Shown here one piece after another: positions 41,936 to 53,883 of a stretch of DNA of 64,000 bases (position 1 is its first letter; every line of letters starts with the position of its first letter). Where the stretch lies: assembly GCA_963744995.1 (NCBI GenBank), contig CAVUWA010000005.1, positions 320,001 to 384,000 on the forward strand. Reading direction: 5' to 3'. The notes under the pieces were generated by a model. That model was given only the letters and a program-made list of their open reading frames with translations. It had not been told where the DNA came from and did no database searches. This DNA is from Candidatus Eiseniibacteriota bacterium. GTDB lineage: Bacteria; Eisenbacteria; RBG-16-71-46. A program made the translations under genes and the position numbers.

Positions 41936-42069
41936 AGAAGAGTCCTCCGCAGCGAAATGGGTAGCGCCCGGTCACGGCGACCGTAGCGGCGCTGCGCACG
42001 ACGGCGCAACCTTGGGGGACGAAACGGCGCTCGCTCCCGGGCGCGCGAATGACCTAATGTGCCCCGGCC

Positions 42070-43413
42070 ATGACGAACGCCGATCCCTCCATCCTGCCGA
42101 ATCCCGCCCGTCCCGCGCCCGTCACGGTTCGCACCGTGTTCGAGACGTGGTGGCCGCTCGCCGCGAGCTGGCTGCTGATGGGCTTCGAGCTGCCGGTGGT
42201 GAGCGCGGTGATGGCGCGGCTGCCCGAGGCGACGCTCAGCCTCGCCGCCTACGGCGCGATCGTGTTCCCGCTCTCGCTCCTCATCGAGTCGCCGATCATC
42301 ATGCTGCTCTCGGCCTCGACGGCGCTGTCGCGGGACGAGACCTCGTACCGGCTGATCCGGCGCTTCGTGTTCCTCGCGGGCGGCGCACTCACGCTCGTCC
42401 ACGTCGCCATCGCGTTCACGCCGCTCTACGACTGGCTGATCGGCCACGTCATGGGGGTACCGGCGGTGGTGGCCGAGCACGGCCGCATCGGCCTGCGGAT
42501 CATGACGCCGTGGACGCTGTCGATCGCGTTCCGCCGCTTTCAGCAGGGCGTGCTGATCCGCAACGGGCAGTCGGGCGCGGTGGGGGTCGGCACCGGCGTG
42601 CGGCTCGGCACGAACGTCGTCGTGCTCGGCATCGCATGGAGCCACGGCCACGTCCCCGGTATCGTCGCCGGCACCACCGCCGTCGCGCTCGGCGTGATCG
42701 CCGAGGCCGTCTACGCGGGCTACCGGGTACGGCCGGTGCTGCGCGATCACGTGTGGCCGGCGCCCGCGCAGGCGCAGCCGCTCGGCTGGCCGCGCTTCAT
42801 GCGCTTCTACCTGCCGCTCATGGTGACGCCGGTGCTGATGTTCGTGGCGATGCCGCTCACCAGCGCCGCGATGAGCCGCATGCCGCATGCGATCGACTCG
42901 CTCGCTGCGTGGCCGGTGGTCATGGGGCTGGTGTTCTCGCTGCGCAGCGTGTGCTTCGGCCTGAACGAAGTCGTGGTCGCGCTGCTCGAGCGCCCGGGGG
43001 CGCTGCCGGCGCTCCGGGCGTTCACGCGCCGGCTCGCACTCTCGACCTCGGCCGGGCTGGCGCTGCTCGCGGCGACGCCGCTCGGCGCGTTCTGGTTCGG
43101 CGGCGTCTCGGCGCTCGAACCGAAGCTGGTGGCGCTCGCCCTGCCCGGCCTCTGGGTCGCTTTCCTGCTGCCGGCGATCACCGCGTTCCAGAGCCTCTAC
43201 CAGGGAACGCTCGTCCACGCGCACGCGACCCGCGGCGTCACCGAGGCGATCGTCGCCTACCTCGCAACGGTGATCGCCGTGCTCGCCGCCGGCAGCCGGA
43301 TCCCCGGCCTGCCCGGCCTCTACGTCGGGCTCGCCGCGACCACGATCGGCAACGGCGTGCAGACGCTGTGGCTGTGGCGGCGGGCGCGCGCGCTCGAGGC
43401 CGCGCCGGCCTGA
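42070..43413 (+). CDS. MATE/MOP-superfamily membrane protein (ANKH-like)
   Basis: About 12 TM helices in two repeats, each beginning (W/Y)(W/L)PL...ARLP/SRMP...SLAA(Y/W). Confidence 0.6.
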   Translation: MTNADPSILPNPARPAPVTVRTVFETWWPLAASWLLMGFELPVVSAVMARLPEATLSLAAYGAIVFPLSLLIESPIIMLLSASTALSRDETSYRLIRRFVFLAGGALTLVHVAIAFTPLYDWLIGHVMGVPAVVAEHGRIGLRIMTPWTLSIAFRRFQQGVLIRNGQSGAVGVGTGVRLGTNVVVLGIAWSHGHVPGIVAGTTAVALGVIAEAVYAGYRVRPVLRDHVWPAPAQAQPLGWPRFMRFYLPLMVTPVLMFVAMPLTSAAMSRMPHAIDSLAAWPVVMGLVFSLRSVCFGLNEVVVALLERPGALPALRAFTRRLALSTSAGLALLAATPLGAFWFGGVSALEPKLVALALPGLWVAFLLPAITAFQSLYQGTLVHAHATRGVTEAIVAYLATVIAVLAAGSRIPGLPGLYVGLAATTIGNGVQTLWLWRRARALEAAPA

Positions 43414-43417
43414 GCCG

Positions 43418-46177
43418 CTAGCGACCCGGACGGAATGCGCCGAGCACGATCTCGAGCCGGCGCACGCGGAACTCCTCGCCCGCCTGCATGACGCCGAAGA
43501 TGCGGCCGTCCGGTATCGCGCTCCAGTTCGCGAGTCCCACGTCGGCGGCGTCGAACAGGCGCTCGACCCCGGTCACGCGCGGCGCCGGTTCGAAGCGCAG
43601 CGTCACCGACTTGACGACGCTGAACGAGTCGGAGCAGGCGACCTCGTGATCGCCGAACCAGCCGGTCGGATTTCCGCCGGCGAGGATCGGTGTGACCGGG
43701 CCGATCCGCCCGTCGCGGTAGGGCGTGACGTAGGCCTGTCGGCTCCCCGAGCGGTCCGACGAGAACGCCAGCCACGCGCCGTCCCTCGAGAAGTACGCGC
43801 TGCCGTTGCGCTGACCGTCGGCGATCAGCGGCACGACGTCATAAGGGCCGTCGGGATCCTGCTCGAACCGCACCAGCCGCAGATCGCGGTGCCCGGCCTC
43901 GGGGAACGCGAGGACCAGACCTTTCGCGCCCGGAAGCCACGAGGTCGGCAATGGCCGCGCGTTGGTGGGGAGCACGCGCCGGCCCAGCCCGCTGTCGCCG
44001 GTGCGGCGGACGTAGACGCCCGACAGCGAGTCCCCGCCGGTCGCGCGGAACGCGATCCACTCGCCGTCCGCGGAGAGCACCGGGGTGCCGAGGTCCAGTT
44101 CGCTCGACGCCACCGCCCGGCGCGGGTAGGGCGTCGCCATGTCGCTCACCCAGATCTCGTCGATGCCGCGGGCGTTCGTCACCGTGAACGCCGCGAGACG
44201 GCCGTCGGCCGACACCATCGGAGGAAAGTTGTAGTTGTAGGTCTTCGGCCACGCGTCCCATCGTGACGCGTGACCCGACCGGTCGAGCGTCGCCAGCACC
44301 CGTCCCTCCGACACACGGCCTCCGGGCGCGAACACCACAGTGCCGTTCCCCGACGTGACGAAGCAGCCCGGCGTGAACCCGCCGAACGTGCGGATGCCGC
44401 CGAGCACCGCGACCGGCTCGCCGCTGATCTCGCCGCGGCGCGCGTCGAAGCGGGCCCGGAGCAGCGCGTCGCCCCGCGAGAACATCAGGTCCCCGTCCGG
44501 CAGGAAGTGCGGGTGCCCCGCGTCGCGCAGCACCGTCTTCGCTTTGCCGCTCCCGACGTCCACCAGGAGCATGTTGCGAGACCAGCCCTGCGCGTCGAAC
44601 GTGCTGCCGCCGATCAGCACCCGGCGCGCGTCCAGCACCGCGCCGGCGTCGAGGAACTGCAGGAAGACGTACGACTGCGGGCGATCGGCGTGGATCACCA
44701 CGGGGTCCGCGGCCTGTCCCGAGGCGTCCACCAGCTCGAGGCGGTCCTGATCGTCGAGGAACAGGAAGTGCCCGCCGGGCAGCGGAACGAAGTCCGGGAA
44801 CCAGGGCTCCGGCAGCTCGAAGACCTGCACGGGCGGCGCGCTGCCGTCGTACGGCACGCGCTGCAGCGCCCGGCGGCCGCCTTCGCCGATGCGCCCGACG
44901 AAGAACACGTCGCGCCCGTCCGCGCTCACGTGCGGGCGCGTCAGGGCATCACGCGTTCCTGGAATCACCCGGAACTCGGTGGAGGCGAGATCGCGCACGC
45001 AGATCATGGCGTGGTTGCGATCGGGGCCGTCGTCCGGCACCGCCAGCATCAGCACCGCGCGGCCGTCGGGATGGAGTGCGATCGGCACCCCATTCTCGAG
45101 CCCGCTGGTGAAGAGCTGCAGATGTTCGGGGATCTCGAGGGACAGCCGCGTGCCGGGCGGCACGACGCCGGTCCCGCGCGGTGCGAGCCACGCGAACGCG
45201 GCCGCGCCGAACGCCACGCCGAGCACGAGCGCCGCCACCGGCAGCAGCCACCCCGGCCAGCGCGGCCGGAGGCCCTGTGAGGGCGCGGCGAAGCCCGACC
45301 CCGAGGAGGAGGTGAGCGCCGCGTGAATGCCCTCGAGCTCGAGGCGCACGTCACCGGCGTCGCGCAGGCGCTTGCGCGGGTCCTTCTCGAGCATGCGGCC
45401 CAGCAGTTCGCGCAGGCGGTCCGGCGTGCGCCCGGGCAGCGCGTTCCACTCGGGCTCGCCCTGGAGGATGCGCGCGATCATGTCCGACGTGGTCTCGCCC
45501 GCGAACGCCTGGCGGCCGGTCAGGCACTCGTACAGCACGCAGCCCAGCGCCCAGATGTCGGTGCGGCGGTCCATCGCGCGGCCGCGCGCCTGTTCGGGGC
45601 TCATGTAGGCGGCGGTGCCGAGAATCACCCCCACCCCGGTCGCGCCAACGGTGAGCGTCGGCGAGTTGGACAGATTGACGTTCGATGCCGACGACCCCGC
45701 CGCGTCGCCCTTCGCGAGGCCGAAGTCGAGCACCTTGACCTCGCCGCCCGGCGTGAGCTTGACGTTGCCTGGCTTCAGGTCGCGATGGACGATGCCCTGA
45801 TCGTGCGCGGCCTCGAGCCCCGCCGCGATCTGGCGACATACGTCGAGCGCCTCGTCCACCGGCAGCGCGCCGCTGTCCAGCCGCTCGGCCAGCGTCTCGC
45901 CCTCGACGTACTCCAGCACCAGGAAGCGGCGGCCCGCATCCTCCTCGATGCCGTAGATCCCGGCCACGTTCGGGTGATGGAGCGCCGCCAGCAGGCGGGC
46001 TTCGCGCTCGAACCGGGCGAGTCGCTCGGGGTCGCTGGCAAAGGCGTCGGGAATCACCTTGATCGCGACGGCGCGGTCGAGGCGCGGGTCGCGCGCGAGG
46101 TAGACGACACCCATGCCGCCGCGCCCGACCTCGCGCTCGACGGTATAGGGTCCGATGTTCTGCGGCAGCGCGTTCAG
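43418..46177 (-). CDS. Hanks-type Ser/Thr protein kinase with TM helix and TolB/PD40-like beta-propeller (start uncertain)
   Basis: [52 protein letters not shown]; kinase subdomain I lies upstream of the first ATG. Confidence 0.9.
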   Translation of the reverse strand: MNALPQNIGPYTVEREVGRGGMGVVYLARDPRLDRAVAIKVIPDAFASDPERLARFEREARLLAALHHPNVAGIYGIEEDAGRRFLVLEYVEGETLAERLDSGALPVDEALDVCRQIAAGLEAAHDQGIVHRDLKPGNVKLTPGGEVKVLDFGLAKGDAAGSSASNVNLSNSPTLTVGATGVGVILGTAAYMSPEQARGRAMDRRTDIWALGCVLYECLTGRQAFAGETTSDMIARILQGEPEWNALPGRTPDRLRELLGRMLEKDPRKRLRDAGDVRLELEGIHAALTSSSGSGFAAPSQGLRPRWPGWLLPVAALVLGVAFGAAAFAWLAPRGTGVVPPGTRLSLEIPEHLQLFTSGLENGVPIALHPDGRAVLMLAVPDDGPDRNHAMICVRDLASTEFRVIPGTRDALTRPHVSADGRDVFFVGRIGEGGRRALQRVPYDGSAPPVQVFELPEPWFPDFVPLPGGHFLFLDDQDRLELVDASGQAADPVVIHADRPQSYVFLQFLDAGAVLDARRVLIGGSTFDAQGWSRNMLLVDVGSGKAKTVLRDAGHPHFLPDGDLMFSRGDALLRARFDARRGEISGEPVAVLGGIRTFGGFTPGCFVTSGNGTVVFAPGGRVSEGRVLATLDRSGHASRWDAWPKTYNYNFPPMVSADGRLAAFTVTNARGIDEIWVSDMATPYPRRAVASSELDLGTPVLSADGEWIAFRATGGDSLSGVYVRRTGDSGLGRRVLPTNARPLPTSWLPGAKGLVLAFPEAGHRDLRLVRFEQDPDGPYDVVPLIADGQRNGSAYFSRDGAWLAFSSDRSGSRQAYVTPYRDGRIGPVTPILAGGNPTGWFGDHEVACSDSFSVVKSVTLRFEPAPRVTGVERLFDAADVGLANWSAIPDGRIFGVMQAGEEFRVRRLEIVLGAFRPGR

Positions 46178-46220
46178 CTGCGGCTCCGGAGCGTCTGCCG
46201 GCCGTGCCTCGAGCGGGCGC

Positions 46221-47846
46221 TCATGCGCCGCGACGGATCATCATGAGCGTGATGTCGTCCGCCCGCGGCGAGTCGGCGACGAAGGCCGCGACCGCGTCGA
46301 TCACGTGGGCGCGCACCTTGTCGAGCGGACCCTGTCGCGAGGCGGCAGCCAGCGTCTCCCGCACGCGCTCGTCGTCGAAGAACTCGGGGCCGTGCTGGGC
46401 CTCGGGAATCCCGTCGCTGAACAGCGCGAGCAACTCGCCGCGCTGAAGCTGCAGGGTCTCGGTCTGGTAGGGGAAGTCCTCGAGAATGCCGAACGGAATG
46501 CCGGTGCTCGGATGCTCACGCACCTCCCCGTCCTTGACGATGCACACCGGCAGATGCCCCGCGTTCACGTATTCGATTTTCCCGCTTGCAGGATCGAGAC
46601 ACCCGATGATCCCGGTGATGAAGTGTCCGGGGTCGGTCTGCTGGCACATCACGCGCGAGAGGCGTGACGCGAACTCGCCGGGATCCTGGCAGCTGTCGTA
46701 CAGCACCCGCGCCGACGACAGGAACGACGACATCAGCAGTGCGGCGCCCATGCCCTTGCCCGACACGTCGCCGATCAGGAACATCAGCCGCCCGTCGCCG
46801 CGGAAGCGGAAGTCGTAGAGGTCGCCGCCCACCTCGTAGCAGGTCTGCAGATAGCCGTCGATCTCGTAGCCCTCGACCTTCGGCATGGACAGGGGCAGCA
46901 GGCCCATCTGGATCTGCGTCGCGGTCGCCAGCTCCTGGGCGAGCCGCTGCTGCGCGGCCTCGGCCTCCAGCAGCCGCGCGTTGGTGATCTTCACCGCGGC
47001 CATGTTGGCGAGCAGCGTCAGCAGCTCGAGCTGCTCCTCGGTGAACGAGTGCGCGACGTTCTGGCTGTCGATGTACAGGATGCCCAGCACCCTCTGGTTG
47101 TCGAACAGCGGCACCGCCATCGCCGAGCGTACCGCCTGGGCGACGATGCTGTGCTGGCCCTGGAACCGCGGGTCGCTCGCCGCGTCGCCCGTCAGCACCG
47201 AGGTGTTCTCCTGCATCACGGAGTTGATGATCGAGCGCGACAGCGCGAGCGGCTGATTCGCTCCGGCGCCGTGCACCCGCGCGGCGATCTGCTCGGGGTC
47301 GCCATCCGCCGTCTCCTGCATCAGCAGGATGTAGCGGTTGGCCGGGATCGCCCGTTCGACGATCGTGAGGATCTGGTCCGCGGTCTCCTTGAGCGGCCGC
47401 GGCAGCACGAGCAGGTGACCGGCCTCGGCGAGCAGATGCACGAGTTTGTCGGACTCCACGTTGGAGCGACCGCGGCGATCGAGCACCTGGTCCATGCGCA
47501 CCCGCACCGAGGAGCTGATCACCGTCGCTTCGGAGAGCCGGACGCGCTGGGTCGGCGCCTCGCGCGTCACCCGGCACATGACGTGGCCGATCTCGACCGT
47601 GTCGCCGGCGACGATTTCGCTGGCCTCGGTCGCTTCGGCCCCGTTCACCCGGGTGCCGTTGCGGCTGCCGAGATCGCGCAGGTAGAAGTGCTCACCGCGG
47701 CGCACGATCTCGGCGTGCTCCTTGGACACCGTGGCATCGGCGATCTGGATGGCGTTCCTGGAAGAACGGCCGACCGTCATCGTGGCCGCTTCGAGCGGCC
47801 ACACCTTGAACTCGTCGGCGATCGTTCCCGAGAGATAGAGCATCAT
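46221..47846 (-). CDS. FHA-GAF-SpoIIE (PP2C) phosphatase
   Basis: FHA: VGRS, SKEHA, DLGSRNGT; GAF: SAMAVPL; PP2C: VGGDLYD, GDVSGKG, NAGH, FSDG, DDIT. Confidence 0.9.
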   Translation of the reverse strand: MMLYLSGTIADEFKVWPLEAATMTVGRSSRNAIQIADATVSKEHAEIVRRGEHFYLRDLGSRNGTRVNGAEATEASEIVAGDTVEIGHVMCRVTREAPTQRVRLSEATVISSSVRVRMDQVLDRRGRSNVESDKLVHLLAEAGHLLVLPRPLKETADQILTIVERAIPANRYILLMQETADGDPEQIAARVHGAGANQPLALSRSIINSVMQENTSVLTGDAASDPRFQGQHSIVAQAVRSAMAVPLFDNQRVLGILYIDSQNVAHSFTEEQLELLTLLANMAAVKITNARLLEAEAAQQRLAQELATATQIQMGLLPLSMPKVEGYEIDGYLQTCYEVGGDLYDFRFRGDGRLMFLIGDVSGKGMGAALLMSSFLSSARVLYDSCQDPGEFASRLSRVMCQQTDPGHFITGIIGCLDPASGKIEYVNAGHLPVCIVKDGEVREHPSTGIPFGILEDFPYQTETLQLQRGELLALFSDGIPEAQHGPEFFDDERVRETLAAASRQGPLDKVRAHVIDAVAAFVADSPRADDITLMMIRRGA

Positions 47847-48030
47847 GCGGGGAAGTCTCCGCTCCGGGTGAGGGGCTGCGCGGGCCGAATGTCGGGCCGG
47901 TCCGCGGGCGCGCCGCGCCGTTCCCTCGCGTCCCGGCGCGGCCCACCGGACGACAGGGCCGAAAGATAGCACGCGGCGGCATCCGGCGGCAGCGCCGGGC
48001 GGGCCGTGGCACCGGGCCCCCGGCCGGCCG

Positions 48031-49266
<1,236 letters not shown>

Positions 49267-49597
49267 CGCGGCAAAGTAGCAGGTCCGGCGGGCGACGGGC
49301 GCCGGCCAGCGTTCGCTACGTGACCCGCGTGCGCCACACCGGAGCCTACGCCACGCCGCGGCGAGTGGTGGCGGCGCCGCGGGCTGGTTCCGGAAGGCGC
49401 AGTCATCGAGGATCGACAACTCCTGGCCGGCCGACGCAGGTGTCCGCGCAGACACCCAGGTTTACATAATCACATGCCCCGGGGAACGTCAGGCTTGCAT
49501 CGTCACTGTCTGCGCAGACACCTGCCGCGCGGATACGAGTCGCGCACGGAGGTGCAGAAGTGCGGGCCGGTGCACGCCAATCCGAATCAGGGGCGCG

Positions 49598-51640
49598 CTA
49601 CACGCCGTACTCCTCCGCCGGCTTCCCCATCAGCCAGTGATCGAACCACTTGACCAGGTGCTCGAGCCGCTGCACGCGCCTGGATGGCGTGCCACTGCGC
49701 GAGAGCTCGTGGTTCTCACCCGGGAAGCGGATCATCACCGTGGGCTTTCGCCGCGCCTTCAGGCCGCGGAACATGATCTCGCCCTGCCCGATCGGCGTGC
49801 GCCAGTCCTCTTCGCTGTGGATCACCATCAGCGGCGTCTCGATCTTCGACAGGAAGTGCCCGGGCGAGCGTTCCTGGAACTCCTGCGGATCCTCGAACGG
49901 CGCCTTCTTGAACCAGCTCTGCGTGTACAGCGTGAAGTCGCTCGAGTACCACATCGTGGCCCAGTCGGCGACGCAGCGCTGGGTCGCCGCGGCGGCGAAG
50001 CGCCGGGTCCGGGTGACGATCCAGTTGGTGAGCAGGCCGCCACCCGATCCGCCGGTCACGCCCATGCGTTTCTCGTCCACGTAACCCTTGGCAATCACGT
50101 GATCCACGCCCGCCATCAGGTCCTTGTAGTCGTCGCCCGGGTAGCGGTACTGAATCACGTTGCCGAATTCGAGGCCGTACGAGGTGCTGCCGCGCGGATT
50201 GGTGTAGAGCACGACGTAACCGGCCGCGGCCAGCACGCGGAACTCGTGGAAGAACGCCACCCCGTACGGCACGTGCGGGCCGCCATGAATCTCGAGGATC
50301 AGCGGGTACTTGCGCGCGGGGTCGAAGTCGGCCGGCTTCACGATCCAGGCCTGGATCTTCGTGCCGTCGAACGAGTCGTACCAGAATTCCTCGACCGCGC
50401 CGAGTTTCGCCCGGTCGAGGCGCGCCGCGCCCGGGCGCCATAGCGTGCGCAACGACCCCGCGGCATCGTCGTACACGCACAGATCGCCGATCGCATCCAC
50501 GGCGCCCACCACCAGCGCGAAGCGCGTCGCGTCGGCGTTCGCCGAGCCCGCGCTCACCTCGTGGTGCGGGTCGGTCAGCTCTTCCATGGCGCCGTCCTGC
50601 ACACGGACGCGCGCCAGCATGGCGGCGCCGTGGCGCACCACCACGGCGTAGACGTTCGCGCCGTCGCGATCGAAGGCGAGCGGCGCCGCACCGCCGCCGC
50701 GCGGCGCGTGCTGATCACCGGAGATGCCGTCGTTGAAGTCGAAGTCGATGGACTCGGTGAGAGCGTGCTGGGCCGTGCGCGGCCACTCACCCTCGAACAG
50801 GAGCAGTCGGGTCGGATCGCAGCTGCGCGGGCGCTCGGGGCGGATGTCGCCGGTCGCGATGATGCGGCCGTCATGGCCTTCCGCCCACGCCATGATCGGG
50901 CCGTGCACCTGGGCGACCACCTGCATGCCCTCTTCGCCGGCCGGCGCCGCGAGGTCGGGCGACACGGCGTACAGTTTCTGCTCGTCGTGCTCGAACCAGG
51001 GCTCGGCGCGGCGGTCCGACAGCACGAAGATCCAGCGGCCGTCGCGCGACCAGCCCGGCGCGCTCACCGGATATTCGCCCGCGGTGAGGCGGCGCGGGGC
51101 GCCCCCGGCCGAATCGATCACCCACAGCTGCGAGGGCCGCTCGGGGTCGATGAAACCCTCGTTGTTCCAGCGGAAGACCGGCTTCGTGACCACGCGCCCG
51201 GGCTCGTGCTTCGGCTTCTTCTTCTTCGGGTCGTCGTCGAGATCCGGCCGGTGGGAGCTGATGAATGCGATGCGCCGGCCGTCGGGCGACCACGCCGGGG
51301 AGGAGGCGCCCTTGGCGAGCGAGGTCAGGGTCGCGGCCTCGCCGCCCGACATGGGCAGCACGCACAGCTGCGGCGTCTGCTCCTCCTTGTCCTTCGCTTC
51401 CTTGCGGCGCACGAACGCGAGACGGGCGCCGTCCGGGGACCAGCGCGGCTGGGCGTCGTGAGGGCCCTGCGTGAGCGGGCGCGGGTTCGCCTCGCCCACG
51501 GCGTCGGCGATCCAGATCGCGGTGCGGTACTCGTCGGCTTCCGCATCCACGTGGACCCGGGTGAACGCGACGCGCGTGCCATCGGGTGAGATCTGCGGAT
51601 CGGCGGCCCATTCGAACTCGAGAAGATCTTCCGCGCGCAT
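49598..51640 (-). CDS. S9 family peptidase (dipeptidyl/acylaminoacyl peptidase)
   Basis: PD40 repeats WSPDG; IHGGP; GGSGGG nucleophile; HSEEDWR; ENHELSRSG. Confidence 0.93.
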   Translation of the reverse strand: MRAEDLLEFEWAADPQISPDGTRVAFTRVHVDAEADEYRTAIWIADAVGEANPRPLTQGPHDAQPRWSPDGARLAFVRRKEAKDKEEQTPQLCVLPMSGGEAATLTSLAKGASSPAWSPDGRRIAFISSHRPDLDDDPKKKKPKHEPGRVVTKPVFRWNNEGFIDPERPSQLWVIDSAGGAPRRLTAGEYPVSAPGWSRDGRWIFVLSDRRAEPWFEHDEQKLYAVSPDLAAPAGEEGMQVVAQVHGPIMAWAEGHDGRIIATGDIRPERPRSCDPTRLLLFEGEWPRTAQHALTESIDFDFNDGISGDQHAPRGGGAAPLAFDRDGANVYAVVVRHGAAMLARVRVQDGAMEELTDPHHEVSAGSANADATRFALVVGAVDAIGDLCVYDDAAGSLRTLWRPGAARLDRAKLGAVEEFWYDSFDGTKIQAWIVKPADFDPARKYPLILEIHGGPHVPYGVAFFHEFRVLAAAGYVVLYTNPRGSTSYGLEFGNVIQYRYPGDDYKDLMAGVDHVIAKGYVDEKRMGVTGGSGGGLLTNWIVTRTRRFAAAATQRCVADWATMWYSSDFTLYTQSWFKKAPFEDPQEFQERSPGHFLSKIETPLMVIHSEEDWRTPIGQGEIMFRGLKARRKPTVMIRFPGENHELSRSGTPSRRVQRLEHLVKWFDHWLMGKPAEEYGV

Positions 51641-51817
51641 TCGGCGTTCTCCGGCGTGGGGGAATGAAGGCTTCGGCGTCCGCAGGCTATGGGAGCCGTC
51701 GCAAAGGGTCAACGGGCGCGCGACGGACGCCTGCCCGCAGGCGCCGGACGCCGTATTGCGACCTGGACCCGGGCTGGGCTAACCTCGCCCCCTCCACGCC
51801 ATCGCGAGGTCCTCACG

Positions 51818-52669
51818 TTGAGCGTTTCTCCCCCGGCTCCCGACAGCCGTATCGCCCCACCCCGTGGTCTCGAGCGGCTGCGCCGCGACGTTCGCGACAT
51901 GCTGCACGAGCTGGTCGAGTACCGCGACCTCCTCATCACGATGAGTCGCCGCGACCTCCTGTTGCGCTACAAGCAGACGATCATGGGCTTCGGCTGGGCG
52001 ATCCTCATGCCGTTCACCTACATGATCGTGTTCACGGTCATCTTCACGCGCGTGGTGCCGCTGAAGACCGACGTGCCCTACCCGATCTATTCGTACACGG
52101 GGCTCCTGCCCTGGAACTTCTTCGCCTCGTCGCTGCGCTTCGCGGTCGGCACGCTGGTCACGAATCGGACGCTGGTCACGAAGGTGTACTTCCCGCGCGA
52201 GATTCTGCCGTTCTCGGTGATCCTGGTGTCGCTGGTGGACTTCGGAGTGGGTGCGATCCTGCTCGCCGGTCTGATGGTCTACTACAAGGTCGCGATCACC
52301 TGGGCGATCCTGTTCCTGCCGGTGGTGCTGGCGGTGCAGATCCTGTTCACGGCCGGCGTCACGCTGCTGCTCTCCATGGCCAACCTGTTCTTCCGCGACG
52401 TGAAGTATCTGATCGAGATCGTGATCACCCTGTGGATGTTCGCGACCTCGGTGGTCTATCCGGTCGACCGGGTCGGCGGTCGGGAAGGCGCGCTGCTCGC
52501 GCTGAATCCGATGACCCCGATCATCGACGCCTACCGCGCGGTGGTGCTGCAGGGCCACCTCCCGGCGCCGGGCCCGTTCCTGTACGCGGCGGTGTTCTCG
52601 GTGGTGCTGCTGATCGTGGCGTGGATCGCGTTCCACCGCACCGAGCCGGTCTTCGCCGAGAGCATCTGA
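51818..52669 (+). CDS. wzm: Polysaccharide ABC exporter permease (Wzm/RfbA-like)
   Basis: RYKQTIMGFGWAIL, KVYFPRE, FRDVKY, LNPMT. Confidence 0.88.
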   Translation: MSVSPPAPDSRIAPPRGLERLRRDVRDMLHELVEYRDLLITMSRRDLLLRYKQTIMGFGWAILMPFTYMIVFTVIFTRVVPLKTDVPYPIYSYTGLLPWNFFASSLRFAVGTLVTNRTLVTKVYFPREILPFSVILVSLVDFGVGAILLAGLMVYYKVAITWAILFLPVVLAVQILFTAGVTLLLSMANLFFRDVKYLIEIVITLWMFATSVVYPVDRVGGREGALLALNPMTPIIDAYRAVVLQGHLPAPGPFLYAAVFSVVLLIVAWIAFHRTEPVFAESI

Positions 52670-52689
52670 GCCATGATCGGGGGGCCCGC

Positions 52690-53883
52690 ATGAGCGGCGG
52701 CCGCGTCCGCATCGAGAAAGTGTGGAAGAAGTTCCGCAGGGGCGAGCGCCACGACAGCCTGCGTGATCTGATTCCGGCTCTCATGCGCACGCTGGCCCGG
52801 CGCCCGAAGAGCGATGCGCTCGAACGCGACCAGTTCTGGGCGCTTCAGGACGTGTCGTTCGCCGTCGAGCCGGGCGAAGCGCTCGGCATCATCGGCCCCA
52901 ACGGCGCAGGCAAGTCCACGATCCTCAAGATCCTCACGCGACTCATCCGGCCGACCTTCGGCCACGCCGAAGTGGTGGGCCGCGTGGGCGCGCTGCTCGA
53001 GATCGGCGGCAGCCTGCATCCGGACCTGACCGGGCGCGAGAACGTGTTCCTGCAGGGGTCGATCATGGGCATGCGCCGCGCCGAGATTCAGCGCAAGTTC
53101 GACGAGATCGTCGAGTTCGCCGGGATTCCCGAGTTCATCGACACGCCGGTCAAACGCTACTCGAGCGGCATGCACGCGCGGCTCGGCTTCGCGGTCGCGG
53201 CGCACCTCGAGACCGACGTGCTGATCATCGACGAGGTCCTGGCCGTGGGCGACGCCGCCTTCCAGCGCAAGGCGTTCGACCGCATGGAAGTCATGGTGAA
53301 GAGCGGCGTGCCGACGATCATCGTCTCCCACCAGCTCGAGCGCATCGCCTCGCTGTGCCAGCGTGCGATGCTGCTTTCCAAGGGCCGCGTGGCGTTCGAG
53401 GGCGACCCGTCGCAGTGCATCGCCGTCTACGCCGAGCTGCAGTCGACGATGGGGAAAGACGACTCGAGCGACCACGGTATTTCGATCGATTCGATCGAGC
53501 AGCGTCCGCAGGCGCCGGTTCCGTCGGGCCAGACGCTCGAGGTGGTGCTGCACGGGCACTCGGAGAGTACGAATCCGAACGAGGTCGTCGTGCTGCGCGT
53601 GCGTTCGATGCAGACGGGGCAGCTGATGTACGCGCTCAGTAACAAGTCGCGCGAGGTCCAGCTGCCGCATGGCCGGTTCGAGATGTGCGCCCGCTTCGTG
53701 ATGAACGTGCCGGAGGGGATGTACAGTGTCGAGAGTCTCGTGGCGCGGCGCGGCACCAACCGTGACATCTGGCATGGTCCGGCGACGCTCGTGCACGTGT
53801 CGGGCGGGCCGCCGTTCTGGGGCAGCGTGCAGATGCTGGCCAGCATCGAGGCCCGCGCCATACGGGATGGGAACACGTCATGA
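52690..53883 (+). CDS. wzt: Polysaccharide ABC exporter ATPase with C-terminal domain (Wzt-like)
   Basis: FWALQDVSF, GPNGAGKST, LTGREN, YSSGMHARLGF, IDEVLAVGD. Confidence 0.9.
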   Translation: MSGGRVRIEKVWKKFRRGERHDSLRDLIPALMRTLARRPKSDALERDQFWALQDVSFAVEPGEALGIIGPNGAGKSTILKILTRLIRPTFGHAEVVGRVGALLEIGGSLHPDLTGRENVFLQGSIMGMRRAEIQRKFDEIVEFAGIPEFIDTPVKRYSSGMHARLGFAVAAHLETDVLIIDEVLAVGDAAFQRKAFDRMEVMVKSGVPTIIVSHQLERIASLCQRAMLLSKGRVAFEGDPSQCIAVYAELQSTMGKDDSSDHGISIDSIEQRPQAPVPSGQTLEVVLHGHSESTNPNEVVVLRVRSMQTGQLMYALSNKSREVQLPHGRFEMCARFVMNVPEGMYSVESLVARRGTNRDIWHGPATLVHVSGGPPFWGSVQMLASIEARAIRDGNTS

